DNA from: a virus
Taxonomy: Duplodnaviria; Caudoviricetes
Strand: one strand, 5' to 3'
Length of the DNA stretch: 64,000 nucleotides
Virus record (IMG/VR): IMGVR_UViG_3300011113_000415
Below are positions 45,955 through 55,011 of the stretch, piece after piece. The notes beneath the pieces are model-generated. The model ran no database searches. It was not told where the DNA came from and saw nothing but the letters and a program-made list of their open reading frames with translations. A program made the translations under genes and the position numbers. The number at the start of each line of letters is the position of its first letter. Positions within the stretch are counted from its first letter, which is position 1.

Positions 45955-46478
45955 ATCGAGACGGACACAAGGATGCCAACTTTTTTGTTGGCACCGAAGT
46001 AGAACGCACACCTGCGTTTGGCAAGAAAACTTTGTTTGTTGTGGGATGGCAACCCATAGTTGAAATTGTTCGACTGCTGGCCGAAAACAATGCCTATATC
46101 GACAAGTCCAAACATATCCGACACATCTTCTTTGGTGCCAATCACAGTTTCCATCCCAACAATAGATTGGAATGGCAACGTTGGGAAAGCATGATAGAAC
46201 CGTTCCTGCAGGATGGATACTTGTGTAGTTTGGATATTCCCATCACGCATGTGGAAGAATTCAACGAAGGCCCACTTTGTGACTACAGAAACTTCGTTCC
46301 ACAGATTCGGGTAAGTATCCCGTATACAAAGTTGTGGAATTATAATACCATGTTGAAAATAGACGACAAAGACTTTGACGCTACCAATCCCGGCGTTTGG
46401 TGTCATAATCTACATGACTTGATGAGTCGTAATACATTTACATCTTGGGATGACTACCGAGAGGACTCTGTGATCTAA
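45951..46478 (+). CDS. Hypothetical protein coupled to dpdA
   Basis: 175 aa; GTEVE, HIFFGANHSF, LDIP motifs; ATGA overlap. Confidence 0.65.
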   Translation: MNRDGHKDANFFVGTEVERTPAFGKKTLFVVGWQPIVEIVRLLAENNAYIDKSKHIRHIFFGANHSFHPNNRLEWQRWESMIEPFLQDGYLCSLDIPITHVEEFNEGPLCDYRNFVPQIRVSIPYTKLWNYNTMLKIDDKDFDATNPGVWCHNLHDLMSRNTFTSWDDYREDSVI

Positions 46479-46888
46479 TGGCAACTTATCCTGCAATCAT
46501 GGGTGCCAAGGCCAGTTCCCAACGGCATAAGATGAACCAAATCTATGGCACTGTCAGTACGGCCACCACAGTTAAACCAGTAAGAAAACTCCCATATCAA
46601 TCACAAGGACTCAATATGTTTAAACGAATGATCAGAGGCTTGGTCACCTGGAGCATGAACGATCGTCATCAAGAAGATATCCAAATATCAGATCGTGAAG
46701 AAGTCAGACTCAGTGGCTCGGGCATTAGATTTGAAGTGTATCGTGCCAATGGCGGCACAGTGATCGAAACTCGTCGCAATGATCGCCGTACAGGTGACAG
46801 TGTGTATGAATTGCATGTGGTTGCTGGAGATCAAGACATTGGCGAAGAGATTGGCAAAATCATAACCATGGAGTCATTAAAAGCATGA
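46478..46888 (+). CDS. Hypothetical protein
   Basis: 136 aa ORF in operon. Confidence 0.6.
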   Translation: MATYPAIMGAKASSQRHKMNQIYGTVSTATTVKPVRKLPYQSQGLNMFKRMIRGLVTWSMNDRHQEDIQISDREEVRLSGSGIRFEVYRANGGTVIETRRNDRRTGDSVYELHVVAGDQDIGEEIGKIITMESLKA

Positions 46889-47337
46889 ACCAAAGAGCAC
46901 AAGCACTAACAGAACAGCGTGAACGAATCATGAGTCACGCAGAACGTAAAATCTGGGTCACATTCCGCAAAGAAGGAATACATTGCTATCCTGCTGCCGC
47001 AACTGATCCTGCCCTGGCCACAGGTGATGAATATGACGTGAGTTTTCTTGGAACCCCACATCGTCACATATTCCATTTCCGTGTTTGGATTGATGTGTTG
47101 CACAACGATCGTGACATTGAGTTTATTCAATTCAAACGCTGGTTAGAAAACTTGTACAAAGACGGCATCCTGCAACTGGATTACAAGAGTTGTGAAATGA
47201 TGGCCGATGACTTGTATGCAGAAATTTCAGCACGTTATCCAGATCGTGCTGTATGGATTGAGGTTGCCGAAGATGGTGAGAACGGTGCCTTGATCAAATA
47301 TGAACTTGCTCGCCCTAGTCTTTCAATCAAAATTTGA
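46885..47337 (+). CDS. QueD-paralog T-fold protein, DpdL-like (putative CDG decarboxylase)
   Basis: LGTPHRHIF = LxxxHRHxF at 47047-47073; IEF, SCE, EDGENGA T-fold motifs. Confidence 0.6.
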   Translation: MNQRAQALTEQRERIMSHAERKIWVTFRKEGIHCYPAAATDPALATGDEYDVSFLGTPHRHIFHFRVWIDVLHNDRDIEFIQFKRWLENLYKDGILQLDYKSCEMMADDLYAEISARYPDRAVWIEVAEDGENGALIKYELARPSLSIKI

Positions 47338-47936
47338 TGCAGATCACTATTATTGCCTATCCGCCAAGCGGTGGGGGCAATCATCTCAAAAATTTATTGT
47401 GTCTTAGTGGTACATTTGCCAACAGCAATGATCTCAATTTGGAACCATATGAAACTGGCAATAGAGAAGTTCATAGTACCGGTGGACGAAACATGAACCA
47501 ATATCGAATTGCTGATGCATTGTCTAGTGCTGGAGATTTTATCTTGCATGGTCATTTTGGTGAACTTGCTCCTTATAGAGAAACAATCAACAACGTTCAG
47601 AACAAAAAATTTGTAATCATCAGTATAGATTCTTCTCATGACCAATATCTATTGCAAAGACGCCAGTCTAGACTAGGTCAACAAAGTCATCCTTATTACT
47701 TGCATGAAGAACAATATTTTTTGTACCAACCACAAATGTTCAGCACTTATTTTACTGGGCAAGAGTCCAAAATATTCTCTTTTCCGTTGACAGAATTATG
47801 GCATCCTGTTATAAATCATAGTACTACATGGGATAGTCTAAATAGTTTCCTTGGCATCACTATTGATCTAGCACAGGCACAACACCTGCACGATCAATGG
47901 CGTGCCAATAATCAAATGTCTACTTACTATTTTTAA
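47334..47936 (+). CDS. P-loop/sulfotransferase-like hypothetical protein
   Basis: IIAYPPSGGGNHL loop; AT-rich. Confidence 0.45.
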   Translation: MMQITIIAYPPSGGGNHLKNLLCLSGTFANSNDLNLEPYETGNREVHSTGGRNMNQYRIADALSSAGDFILHGHFGELAPYRETINNVQNKKFVIISIDSSHDQYLLQRRQSRLGQQSHPYYLHEEQYFLYQPQMFSTYFTGQESKIFSFPLTELWHPVINHSTTWDSLNSFLGITIDLAQAQHLHDQWRANNQMSTYYF

Positions 47937-47947
47937 AGGAAAATCCA

Positions 47948-48169
47948 ATGGCCAAGCCACAAATCAAACACAATCCTCGTACTCAACAAGTTTGGGAGGA
48001 TCTGGATCGCTATCGTGAGTTTGTACAAGACTATGGATATCGCTTCAACGAAGCGGACTTGTATAACTTCCGCAGTTATGCGTTCCAACAGTTCAACAAG
48101 TATGCTCAAGGCAAGACTGCCAAAAACATGTGGGACGAAGACGCCCGCCGTTTTGCATCGAGGTTCTAA
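47948..48169 (+). CDS. Small hypothetical protein
   Basis: 73 aa with AAGGA SD. Confidence 0.6.
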   Translation: MAKPQIKHNPRTQQVWEDLDRYREFVQDYGYRFNEADLYNFRSYAFQQFNKYAQGKTAKNMWDEDARRFASRF

Positions 48170-48172
48170 TCT

Positions 48173-48763
48173 ATGACCAAATGGCCACTGGTAAACCGCG
48201 CTAAAGATAATACCAGTTGGGTTGCTTTGGATAACATTTTTACAGATCAGGAACTTGATGACATTGTGGCTCAAGCCGATCAAGTGGAAAAAAAAATATC
48301 AAGTACTACTGGCAATAGATCAATTTCAGATTATCGTGTGTGTGATATTGCCTGGTTGGAATCTGATGAGATAGAATCAGATTTTGATTGGATATATGCC
48401 ACGCTGACAGATGTAATAAGCCGAGTCAATAATGAGTATTTTAGATTTGACTTGACGCATTTGAATGCGTTACAATACACAATATATGATGGAAACAATC
48501 ACAGCAACTATCAAAAACACATGGACCTAGGACGACAATTTCCCAATAGAAAATTGAGTTTTAGTGTGCAATTGTCTGACGATACTGAGTACACAGGAGG
48601 AGATTTGAGATTCCATTACGTCAAAAATCATCCTGAAGTCGCTCCAAGGCAAAAAGGTCAAGTGATCTTTTTTCCCAGTTGGCTAGTTCATGATGTCACT
48701 CCAGTCACACAAGGAACACGCCGCAGTTTGGTGGGTTGGGTTAATGGTCCAAATTTTAAGTAA
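48173..48763 (+). CDS. 2OG-Fe(II) oxygenase (prolyl-hydroxylase-like)
   Basis: YQKHMD (HxD), RKLSFS, GGDL, FPSWLVHDVTPVTQGTRRSL. Confidence 0.85.
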   Translation: MTKWPLVNRAKDNTSWVALDNIFTDQELDDIVAQADQVEKKISSTTGNRSISDYRVCDIAWLESDEIESDFDWIYATLTDVISRVNNEYFRFDLTHLNALQYTIYDGNNHSNYQKHMDLGRQFPNRKLSFSVQLSDDTEYTGGDLRFHYVKNHPEVAPRQKGQVIFFPSWLVHDVTPVTQGTRRSLVGWVNGPNFK

Positions 48764-48775
48764 ACAAGGAAAGCA

Positions 48776-49957
48776 ATGAGAAAACTTTACTACATGGGTC
48801 TTGAAAGTTATCAAGGCCGATACACGCTACAACTAACAGAGTGGAACCGGCGAGTGTTTGACCGCAGAGGTCTTGACGTTGTGTATGTTCCTGGCACAAC
48901 TATTGACAACACACAGGCCATATCAGTTGGTCAAGTGTTGGACGCACATGGTCGCAGTTACTTTGGCATGAGCCAGATGATGAACTTGGTTCAACTTATG
49001 AAGAATGGAGAAGTTACCAATGAAGATGTTATCTACTTTGAAGACATGTTTCAACCTGGAATCGAGAGTCTACCCTATATTCTTGATCAAGTTCCTGGCG
49101 ATCAGCGTCCCCGCGTATATGTTAGGTGTCTTGCTCAGTCCATTGATCCTGATGATTTCGTACATGTATGGGGTATGGCGCGATGGATGGGACTCTACGA
49201 ACAAATGGTCAATGAGTTTGTGGACGGAGTTCTTGCCACAAACGAAGAGATGGTTGCTCATATGCGCATTGCTGGATGGCGTGCTCCTATATACAATATT
49301 AGTGGCCTAGCATTTGGCAAGGCAGAAGTGTTAGAACGCATTGGTGGTGCCGACAACATTCGACCATTCCATGAACGCCAATTGCGTGTGGGCTTTGCCG
49401 CCCGCTTTGATCAAGAGAAACAACCTGGCTTCTTTATGGACCTGGCTGAACAGTATCAGAAGACAGACCCTAGTGTGAAGTTTGCTATCTTTCAAGGTGG
49501 CCCATTGAGATCAAACAATGCTGAGTATGTTGCTCGTGCTAGACAATTGGCCAGTGCTGGCCTGTTGGAAATACATGAGAACTTGAACAAGAATGACTAC
49601 TATGCTCTCGTTAACGATACTCGTGTGTTGTTTAATTGTGCCCTTCAAGATTGGGTCAGCAACACAGTTTCCGAGGCTGACACTCTGGGCTGTAATGTAC
49701 TTTACCCTGCTTATCGTAGTTTCCCTGAAACCTTTGCCAATGATCCTGAGCGTCTTTATGTTCCTTGGAGCATGGAAGATGCAATGAACAAACTGGATCC
49801 ACTGTTGGTCACGCCACACACCCGCATGGGACGTATCAGCGACTGGAACAATGGTACTGTAGATAGAATCATTGACATTATCGAGGGCTCTGGCGAGCGG
49901 TGGAATCGTTCGGGCACGAGATATCGTGATCATGTGGCAGGAGCCAAATACCTATGA
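48776..49957 (+). CDS. GT-B glycosyltransferase
   Basis: FAARFDQEKQP, QDWVSNTVSEA...GCNVLYP (GT4-like E-x7-E region). Confidence 0.7.
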   Translation: MRKLYYMGLESYQGRYTLQLTEWNRRVFDRRGLDVVYVPGTTIDNTQAISVGQVLDAHGRSYFGMSQMMNLVQLMKNGEVTNEDVIYFEDMFQPGIESLPYILDQVPGDQRPRVYVRCLAQSIDPDDFVHVWGMARWMGLYEQMVNEFVDGVLATNEEMVAHMRIAGWRAPIYNISGLAFGKAEVLERIGGADNIRPFHERQLRVGFAARFDQEKQPGFFMDLAEQYQKTDPSVKFAIFQGGPLRSNNAEYVARARQLASAGLLEIHENLNKNDYYALVNDTRVLFNCALQDWVSNTVSEADTLGCNVLYPAYRSFPETFANDPERLYVPWSMEDAMNKLDPLLVTPHTRMGRISDWNNGTVDRIIDIIEGSGERWNRSGTRYRDHVAGAKYL

Positions 49958-50901
49958 ACATCATAGTAACTGGATCAGCAGGCTACATTGGTGGCCAAAC
50001 TGCCTTGCTGTTGAAAGACGCAGGGCATACTGTGTATGGCATTGACCGTAGAGAGCCACCTCGACACTTGTTGGGAGTGGTTGACAAATTTTTGTTGCAA
50101 GACTTTGCATCTGACATTGCCTTGAGTTGGATCATTGCTAAACAACCAGATGCCATTGTCCACTGTGCCGGTACAAGTCTTGTGGGGCCTTCAATGCAAG
50201 ACCCAGCCGAGTACTACAACAACAATGTGGTCAAAACCCTAAAGTTGCTGGACATTGTACGCCGGAGTTTGCCTCGAACCAGAGTTGTATTCAGTTCCTC
50301 AGCGGCCACATATGGTGAGCCTGTGATGATTCCTTGCAGTGAAGTAGATCCCTGTGAGCCTGTATCACCATATGGTGAGAGCAAACTCATGATCGATCGG
50401 ATACTAGAATCATATCACCGAGCATATAGACTCGACTACGTGAGTTTCCGCTACTTCAATGCCTGCGGTGCAGATCCCCAAGGACGCCATGGACAAGAAC
50501 CAGGTGCCACACACATCATTGCTCGTGTGTTAGAAAGCATAAGAGATATAAAAGATTTTGTGTTAAACGGTAATGATTTTCCTACTATAGATGGAACATG
50601 CGTTCGTGATTATGTACACGTAGAGGACATTGCTCGGGCGCATGCCCTGGCCTTGTATCACAAGATTCCAGCAGGCATTTACAATCTTGGCAGTAACATG
50701 GGCACAACCAATCAACAAATTATTGAAGCCGCATTAGATGAAACACAACTACCGTTGAATGTTGTAGTAGGTGCTCGTCGTGTGGGAGATCCGCCTGTGC
50801 TGACTGCCAGCGCAGACAAGTTTAACATGGTGGCCGGTGCTTGGCGTCACTATGATTTGGATGCCATGATACAACACGCATGGTCTTGGTATGTTCGATA
50901 A
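49954..50901 (+). CDS. galE: NAD-dependent epimerase (UDP-glucose 4-epimerase-like)
   Basis: TGSAGYIG, SSSAATYG, YGESK, RYFNACG, RDYVHV. Confidence 0.85.
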   Translation: MNIIVTGSAGYIGGQTALLLKDAGHTVYGIDRREPPRHLLGVVDKFLLQDFASDIALSWIIAKQPDAIVHCAGTSLVGPSMQDPAEYYNNNVVKTLKLLDIVRRSLPRTRVVFSSSAATYGEPVMIPCSEVDPCEPVSPYGESKLMIDRILESYHRAYRLDYVSFRYFNACGADPQGRHGQEPGATHIIARVLESIRDIKDFVLNGNDFPTIDGTCVRDYVHVEDIARAHALALYHKIPAGIYNLGSNMGTTNQQIIEAALDETQLPLNVVVGARRVGDPPVLTASADKFNMVAGAWRHYDLDAMIQHAWSWYVR

Positions 50902-51487
50902 AATTTTGAAATTTGAACATGCGCTGGCCGAGTTTACAGGAGCGCCTTATGCTGTGATGACTGATTGCTGTACACATGCCATTGAGTTGTGCCTGCGACA
51001 CGAGCGTGTGAGAGAATGCCAATTTACACCTTACACCTATTTGAGTATACCCATGCTCATGCTCAAATTGGGCATTGAGTTTCAGTATTTGGACCATGCT
51101 TGGCAACGCTGGGTAGGAGAATACCAATTTATCAATACCAGAATTTGGGACAGTGCAAGACGGTTAGAAAAGAACATGTATCGGCCCGGTGCCATGCAAT
51201 GCGTAAGTTTTGGACATGACAAGCCTTTACATATAGGCCGTGGTGGTGCTATAATACTAGATGACAAAACCGCCTATGATGCACTAATTTGTATGAGGTA
51301 TGATGGTCGTGATCTAAATATCCAACCTTGGCAAGAACAGCGAGAGTTTAGAGTTGGTTATCACTACAAGCCCACACCCGAAGAAGCAATTCAAGGGTTG
51401 GCATTGTTGGAAGGCCTTAAAGAACATTATGCTCCGCCCCGCGAAGTTTTGTATCCAGATTTAAGAACTATTACCATTAGGGAATAA
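50891..51487 (+). CDS. Shortened DegT/DnrJ/StsC-family PLP aminotransferase
   Basis: FEHALAEF..YAVMTDCCTHAI, WDSA, SFGHDKPLHIGRGG, GYHY; only 198 aa. Confidence 0.7.
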   Translation: MFDKILKFEHALAEFTGAPYAVMTDCCTHAIELCLRHERVRECQFTPYTYLSIPMLMLKLGIEFQYLDHAWQRWVGEYQFINTRIWDSARRLEKNMYRPGAMQCVSFGHDKPLHIGRGGAIILDDKTAYDALICMRYDGRDLNIQPWQEQREFRVGYHYKPTPEEAIQGLALLEGLKEHYAPPREVLYPDLRTITIRE

Positions 51488-51488
51488 C

Positions 51489-52235
51489 ATGACAGACAAA
51501 AAGCAAACAGCATTAGACGCCATGGCAGGAGATGGCGGGTATTCAGAAGGCTACCTAGGAGGTTACATTCGTGCTAGAATGAGACGAGAAGGTAAGCGTT
51601 TCTGGGCAGGAGACAACATCAGTGAATACATCAACGATCTTGAAAAAGAAGTGTTAATCGATGAAGCAACTGAAGCATTTGAACTGGTTCTAGATCGTTT
51701 GCTTATAGATCGTGAAACCGATCCTAACAGTAAAGGCACAGCCCGTCGCCTTGCTAAAATGTATTTTAACGAAATAATGGCAGGACGTTATGAAACACCA
51801 CCAGATGCAACATGTTTTCCAAATGATTCGGCGGACCGTTACGAAGGTATGCTGGTTGTTCGCAGTGAGTTGCGGAGTATGTGCAGTCATCATCACCAAC
51901 CCGTTACTGGTGTTGCTTATATTGGTATTTTGGCTGCTGGTAAACTCATTGGACTATCAAAGTACACAAGAATTGCACAATGGTGTGCCCGACGTGGCAC
52001 TCTCCAGGAGGAACTTTGTATTGACATTGCTCGGGAAATACAACGAGCCACCGACTCAGAAAACGTAGGCGTGTACATTCAGGCCACACATGGTTGCTGT
52101 GAGAATCGTGGCATCATGGCACACTCCAGTTTGACACAGACCACTGTGTTGCGAGGCTTGTTCAAAACCGATGCAGGTGTCAAAAAAGAGTTCATGGACA
52201 ATATCAAACTGCAACAAGACTTTGCTCCGAGATAA
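51489..52235 (+). CDS. folE: GTP cyclohydrolase I
   Basis: TARRLAK, SMCSHHHQP, GLSKYTRI, LQEEL, HGCCENRG. Confidence 0.95.
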   Translation: MTDKKQTALDAMAGDGGYSEGYLGGYIRARMRREGKRFWAGDNISEYINDLEKEVLIDEATEAFELVLDRLLIDRETDPNSKGTARRLAKMYFNEIMAGRYETPPDATCFPNDSADRYEGMLVVRSELRSMCSHHHQPVTGVAYIGILAAGKLIGLSKYTRIAQWCARRGTLQEELCIDIAREIQRATDSENVGVYIQATHGCCENRGIMAHSSLTQTTVLRGLFKTDAGVKKEFMDNIKLQQDFAPR

Positions 52236-52237
52236 CA

Positions 52238-52429
52238 ATGTTATTAGAAATTGCATGTATCGTAGCAGGATTTTTGGCAGGCATGACCTATGCTCAAGAA
52301 CGAGACTGGCAACGCTACTGCAGGACTCGTGAAGAAGTCAAAGACGAAGTCAGTAAGGAGTTTGACTATTACAAAAACCTTTCAGTCAGCCTAAAACAAG
52401 ATTTACATCAACTCAAAAATAAAAAATGA
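52238..52429 (+). CDS. Small membrane-anchored protein
   Basis: N-terminal hydrophobic helix plus coiled coil. Confidence 0.5.
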   Translation: MLLEIACIVAGFLAGMTYAQERDWQRYCRTREEVKDEVSKEFDYYKNLSVSLKQDLHQLKNKK

Positions 52430-52539
52430 CTTGCATATCTAACCATGACGGCTCCATTCAACTGCCTGCGGAACCGGGTTTGTTGGAATGGTTGCAACAG
52501 CACTATCCTTATTCACAATATCATTTGATTGAATTATGA
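52426..52539 (+). CDS. 37-aa small ORF (not in track)
   Basis: ATGA overlaps at both ends: MTCISNHDGSIQLPAEPGLLEWLQQHYPYSQYHLIEL. Confidence 0.4.
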   Translation: MTCISNHDGSIQLPAEPGLLEWLQQHYPYSQYHLIEL

Positions 52540-52937
52540 AATACCAAACACTAGAATCAGCACAGACAGCAGGTGCGGCACCCTGGGATCTCAAAGTAGA
52601 TGAACTGTCAGACTTTCATGTTACAGTATTCCAAGATCGCTTTCCAGTCACTACAGGGCACTTGTTGTTTGTGCCCAACTACAATACCGCTGAACTTATC
52701 CGAGATGCATTTTACAGTGCTCAACTGGCTGGAGAAAGCATGGTACAACTGGGAGAATGCGATGCCTACAACATTGGTATCAATCAGGGTCGAGCCGCTG
52801 GTCAAACCATAATGTACCCACATATCCATCTAATTCCTCGTAGAACCGGGGACTGTGCGGATCCAGTAGGTGGTGTGCGGGGCGTAATTCCCCAACAACA
52901 GAACTATAAAACCCATCACTATCAACAGCCAGCATAA
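52536..52937 (+). CDS. HIT-family hydrolase
   Basis: FPVTTGHLLFVP; AGQTIMYPHIHLIPR. Confidence 0.9.
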   Translation: MKYQTLESAQTAGAAPWDLKVDELSDFHVTVFQDRFPVTTGHLLFVPNYNTAELIRDAFYSAQLAGESMVQLGECDAYNIGINQGRAAGQTIMYPHIHLIPRRTGDCADPVGGVRGVIPQQQNYKTHHYQQPA

Positions 52938-52948
52938 ATATTCTTTTA

Positions 52949-53012
52949 AGCGGTCTTGGCGTCATTCCCGCTCGACAAACTCTGCCGCCTATGCTACAAT
53001 TTAACATAGGAG
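52949..53012 (+). ncRNA. Candidate cis-regulatory pseudoknot/riboswitch-like leader of queD-yhhQ
   Basis: P1 agcgg/ccgct; loop GGCG complementary to CGCC (52986-89); cctatg/catagg hairpin covers the AGGAG SD; ATAAATA at 52934-40. Confidence 0.45.
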
Positions 53013-53018
53013 AACAGC

Positions 53019-53534
53019 ATGAATTCAATACAAATACCCGTTCCTCGCCAGTACAAATACACAAGTACCAAAGAGTATCACGACGCATTTCCTTGTGCCT
53101 ATCGACAGTGGCGGGCTGACAGCCATTGCAATCTCATACATGGGTATTCATTCTCAATGAAGTTCTACTTTGGCACAGATCACTTGGATGTACGCAACTG
53201 GGCCGCCGACTACGGTGGACTTAAAGAACTCAAATCAGTGCTGGAAGATCAGTTTGATCATACCTTGTTGGTTGCTGAAGACGATCCTGAAATCGAATTC
53301 TATCATGAAATGCAACGCAGGAACATTGCCAAACTAACTATATTACCCAAGTTGGGATGCGAAGGTCTTGCTGACCAACTATACAAGTATGTTAACGGTG
53401 TTTACATTCCGGACCTTTGGGGCCAGGGTGAAGCAGAGCGTCTCTGGTGTTATCGTGTGGAAGTACGTGAAACTCAGAGCAACATGGCTTTTAGAGAAGG
53501 CCATCGCGAATGGAATGAAGATCTGTTCGCATAA
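53019..53534 (+). CDS. queD: 6-carboxy-5,6,7,8-tetrahydropterin synthase
   Basis: CNLIHGYSF, DYGGLK, FDHTLL, GCEGLA, VRETQSN. Confidence 0.85.
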   Translation: MNSIQIPVPRQYKYTSTKEYHDAFPCAYRQWRADSHCNLIHGYSFSMKFYFGTDHLDVRNWAADYGGLKELKSVLEDQFDHTLLVAEDDPEIEFYHEMQRRNIAKLTILPKLGCEGLADQLYKYVNGVYIPDLWGQGEAERLWCYRVEVRETQSNMAFREGHREWNEDLFA

Positions 53535-53549
53535 TCTAAAGGAGAAATT

Positions 53550-54173
53550 ATGTTAGGCAAACTATTTGAAGGCGTAGATAAGAAGATGATGGCCAAACTT
53601 GCATTTTTGCATTTGGTTATTATTGTTATCTCAAACGCACTTGTTTCAATTCCAGTTGAAATCTTGGGTGTGAAATTGACCTGGGCGGCTTTTGTTTACC
53701 CAATGGTTATCTTGGCCAGTGACTTGACCGTGAGATTGATTGGTAAAGGCATTGCCAGAGCCACCATTGCGGCCGCATATCCCCTGGCCATTGTTGGTAG
53801 TATAGCAGTTGTATTGCTAGAAGGTGCACCTACCAGTGTTGCTTTACGCATTGGCTTTGGTAGTGCCACAGCATACTTGATTGGTTGCTTACTTGATGTA
53901 TACGTATTCCAATATGTGCGTGAAAAGTTCACACAACAATGGTGGGCCGCACCTGCACTCAGCATGGTTGTTGCTAACTTCATTGACAGTTATGTGTTCT
54001 TTAGTATTGCTTTCTCGGGTGGTGCAGATGAATACATGGCCGCTAACTGGCCTGAAATTGCTCTCAGCCAAAGCATCTTGAAGATTGTGGTTGGTTTCAT
54101 CTTGTTCTTACCAGCGTATGGCGTGTTATTAAACTACTTGAAGAAGCGTCTAGGCAACACCGATCAAGGTTGA
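53550..54173 (+). CDS. yhhQ: Queuosine-precursor transporter (YhhQ/VUT family)
   Basis: About six TM helices; IIVISN, YPMVILASDLT, LLDVYVF, ANFIDSYVFF. Confidence 0.75.
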   Translation: MLGKLFEGVDKKMMAKLAFLHLVIIVISNALVSIPVEILGVKLTWAAFVYPMVILASDLTVRLIGKGIARATIAAAYPLAIVGSIAVVLLEGAPTSVALRIGFGSATAYLIGCLLDVYVFQYVREKFTQQWWAAPALSMVVANFIDSYVFFSIAFSGGADEYMAANWPEIALSQSILKIVVGFILFLPAYGVLLNYLKKRLGNTDQG

Positions 54174-54183
54174 TAATGACCCT

Positions 54184-55011
54184 ATGAGCACAGATATTTC
54201 AATTCTGTTGCCCACACGTGGTAGGTCAGACATGCTGATGCGTAGTCTGACCAGCCTACATGATCTAGCCACTGATTTCACCCGTATCGAAATCTTGTTT
54301 GGCATGGACAACAATGATGCAGTAGGTCTCGAAAACATGTTGCATCATGTGATACCCTGGATTGAACGGCACAAAGTTGCACACAAGATTGTGATCTTTG
54401 AACCCATGGGCTACCACAATCTGCACAAGTACTTGAACGGCCTGGCAGAGTCAAGTGCAAGCCCCTGGTTGTTCTTCTGGAACGACGATGCTGTTATGAA
54501 AACACAGGGTTGGGACACATACATACGTGCCCGGACCGGCGAATTCAAATTGCTCAGTGTGATAACACACAACGAACATCCTTATTCTATCTTTCCTATA
54601 ATACCACGCGAATGGTTTGAAGTTTTGGGGCATATCAGTCAACACAGTCTCAACGATGCCTGGGTCAGTTGTATTGCCTATGGCCTAGACATATTTGAAC
54701 GACTGCCTGTGTATTGTGACCATGAACGCCATGATCTAACAGGCACCAACAATGATGCCACGTATCAACAGAGAACAGTGCTGGAAGGTGATCGTAGCAA
54801 CCCTTTGGATTTCAACTATCCCAGCGTGGTTGAACTCAGGATGCAAGATGCTGCCAAATTGGCACAATGGCTTCAGGATGTGAAAAATCAAGACATGACA
54901 TTTTTTGCAGAATGTTGCGAGGGCATACGAGATCCCTGGGTCAAAATGCGAGCCAACGATCCCAACCGACAAGTAGTGACCATGACTGTAGAACGATTAA
55001 ATAAAGAATGA
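54184..55011 (+). CDS. GT2-like glycosyltransferase (paralog A)
   Basis: ISILLPTRGR, WLFFWNDDA (DxD-like). Confidence 0.75.
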   Translation: MSTDISILLPTRGRSDMLMRSLTSLHDLATDFTRIEILFGMDNNDAVGLENMLHHVIPWIERHKVAHKIVIFEPMGYHNLHKYLNGLAESSASPWLFFWNDDAVMKTQGWDTYIRARTGEFKLLSVITHNEHPYSIFPIIPREWFEVLGHISQHSLNDAWVSCIAYGLDIFERLPVYCDHERHDLTGTNNDATYQQRTVLEGDRSNPLDFNYPSVVELRMQDAAKLAQWLQDVKNQDMTFFAECCEGIRDPWVKMRANDPNRQVVTMTVERLNKE

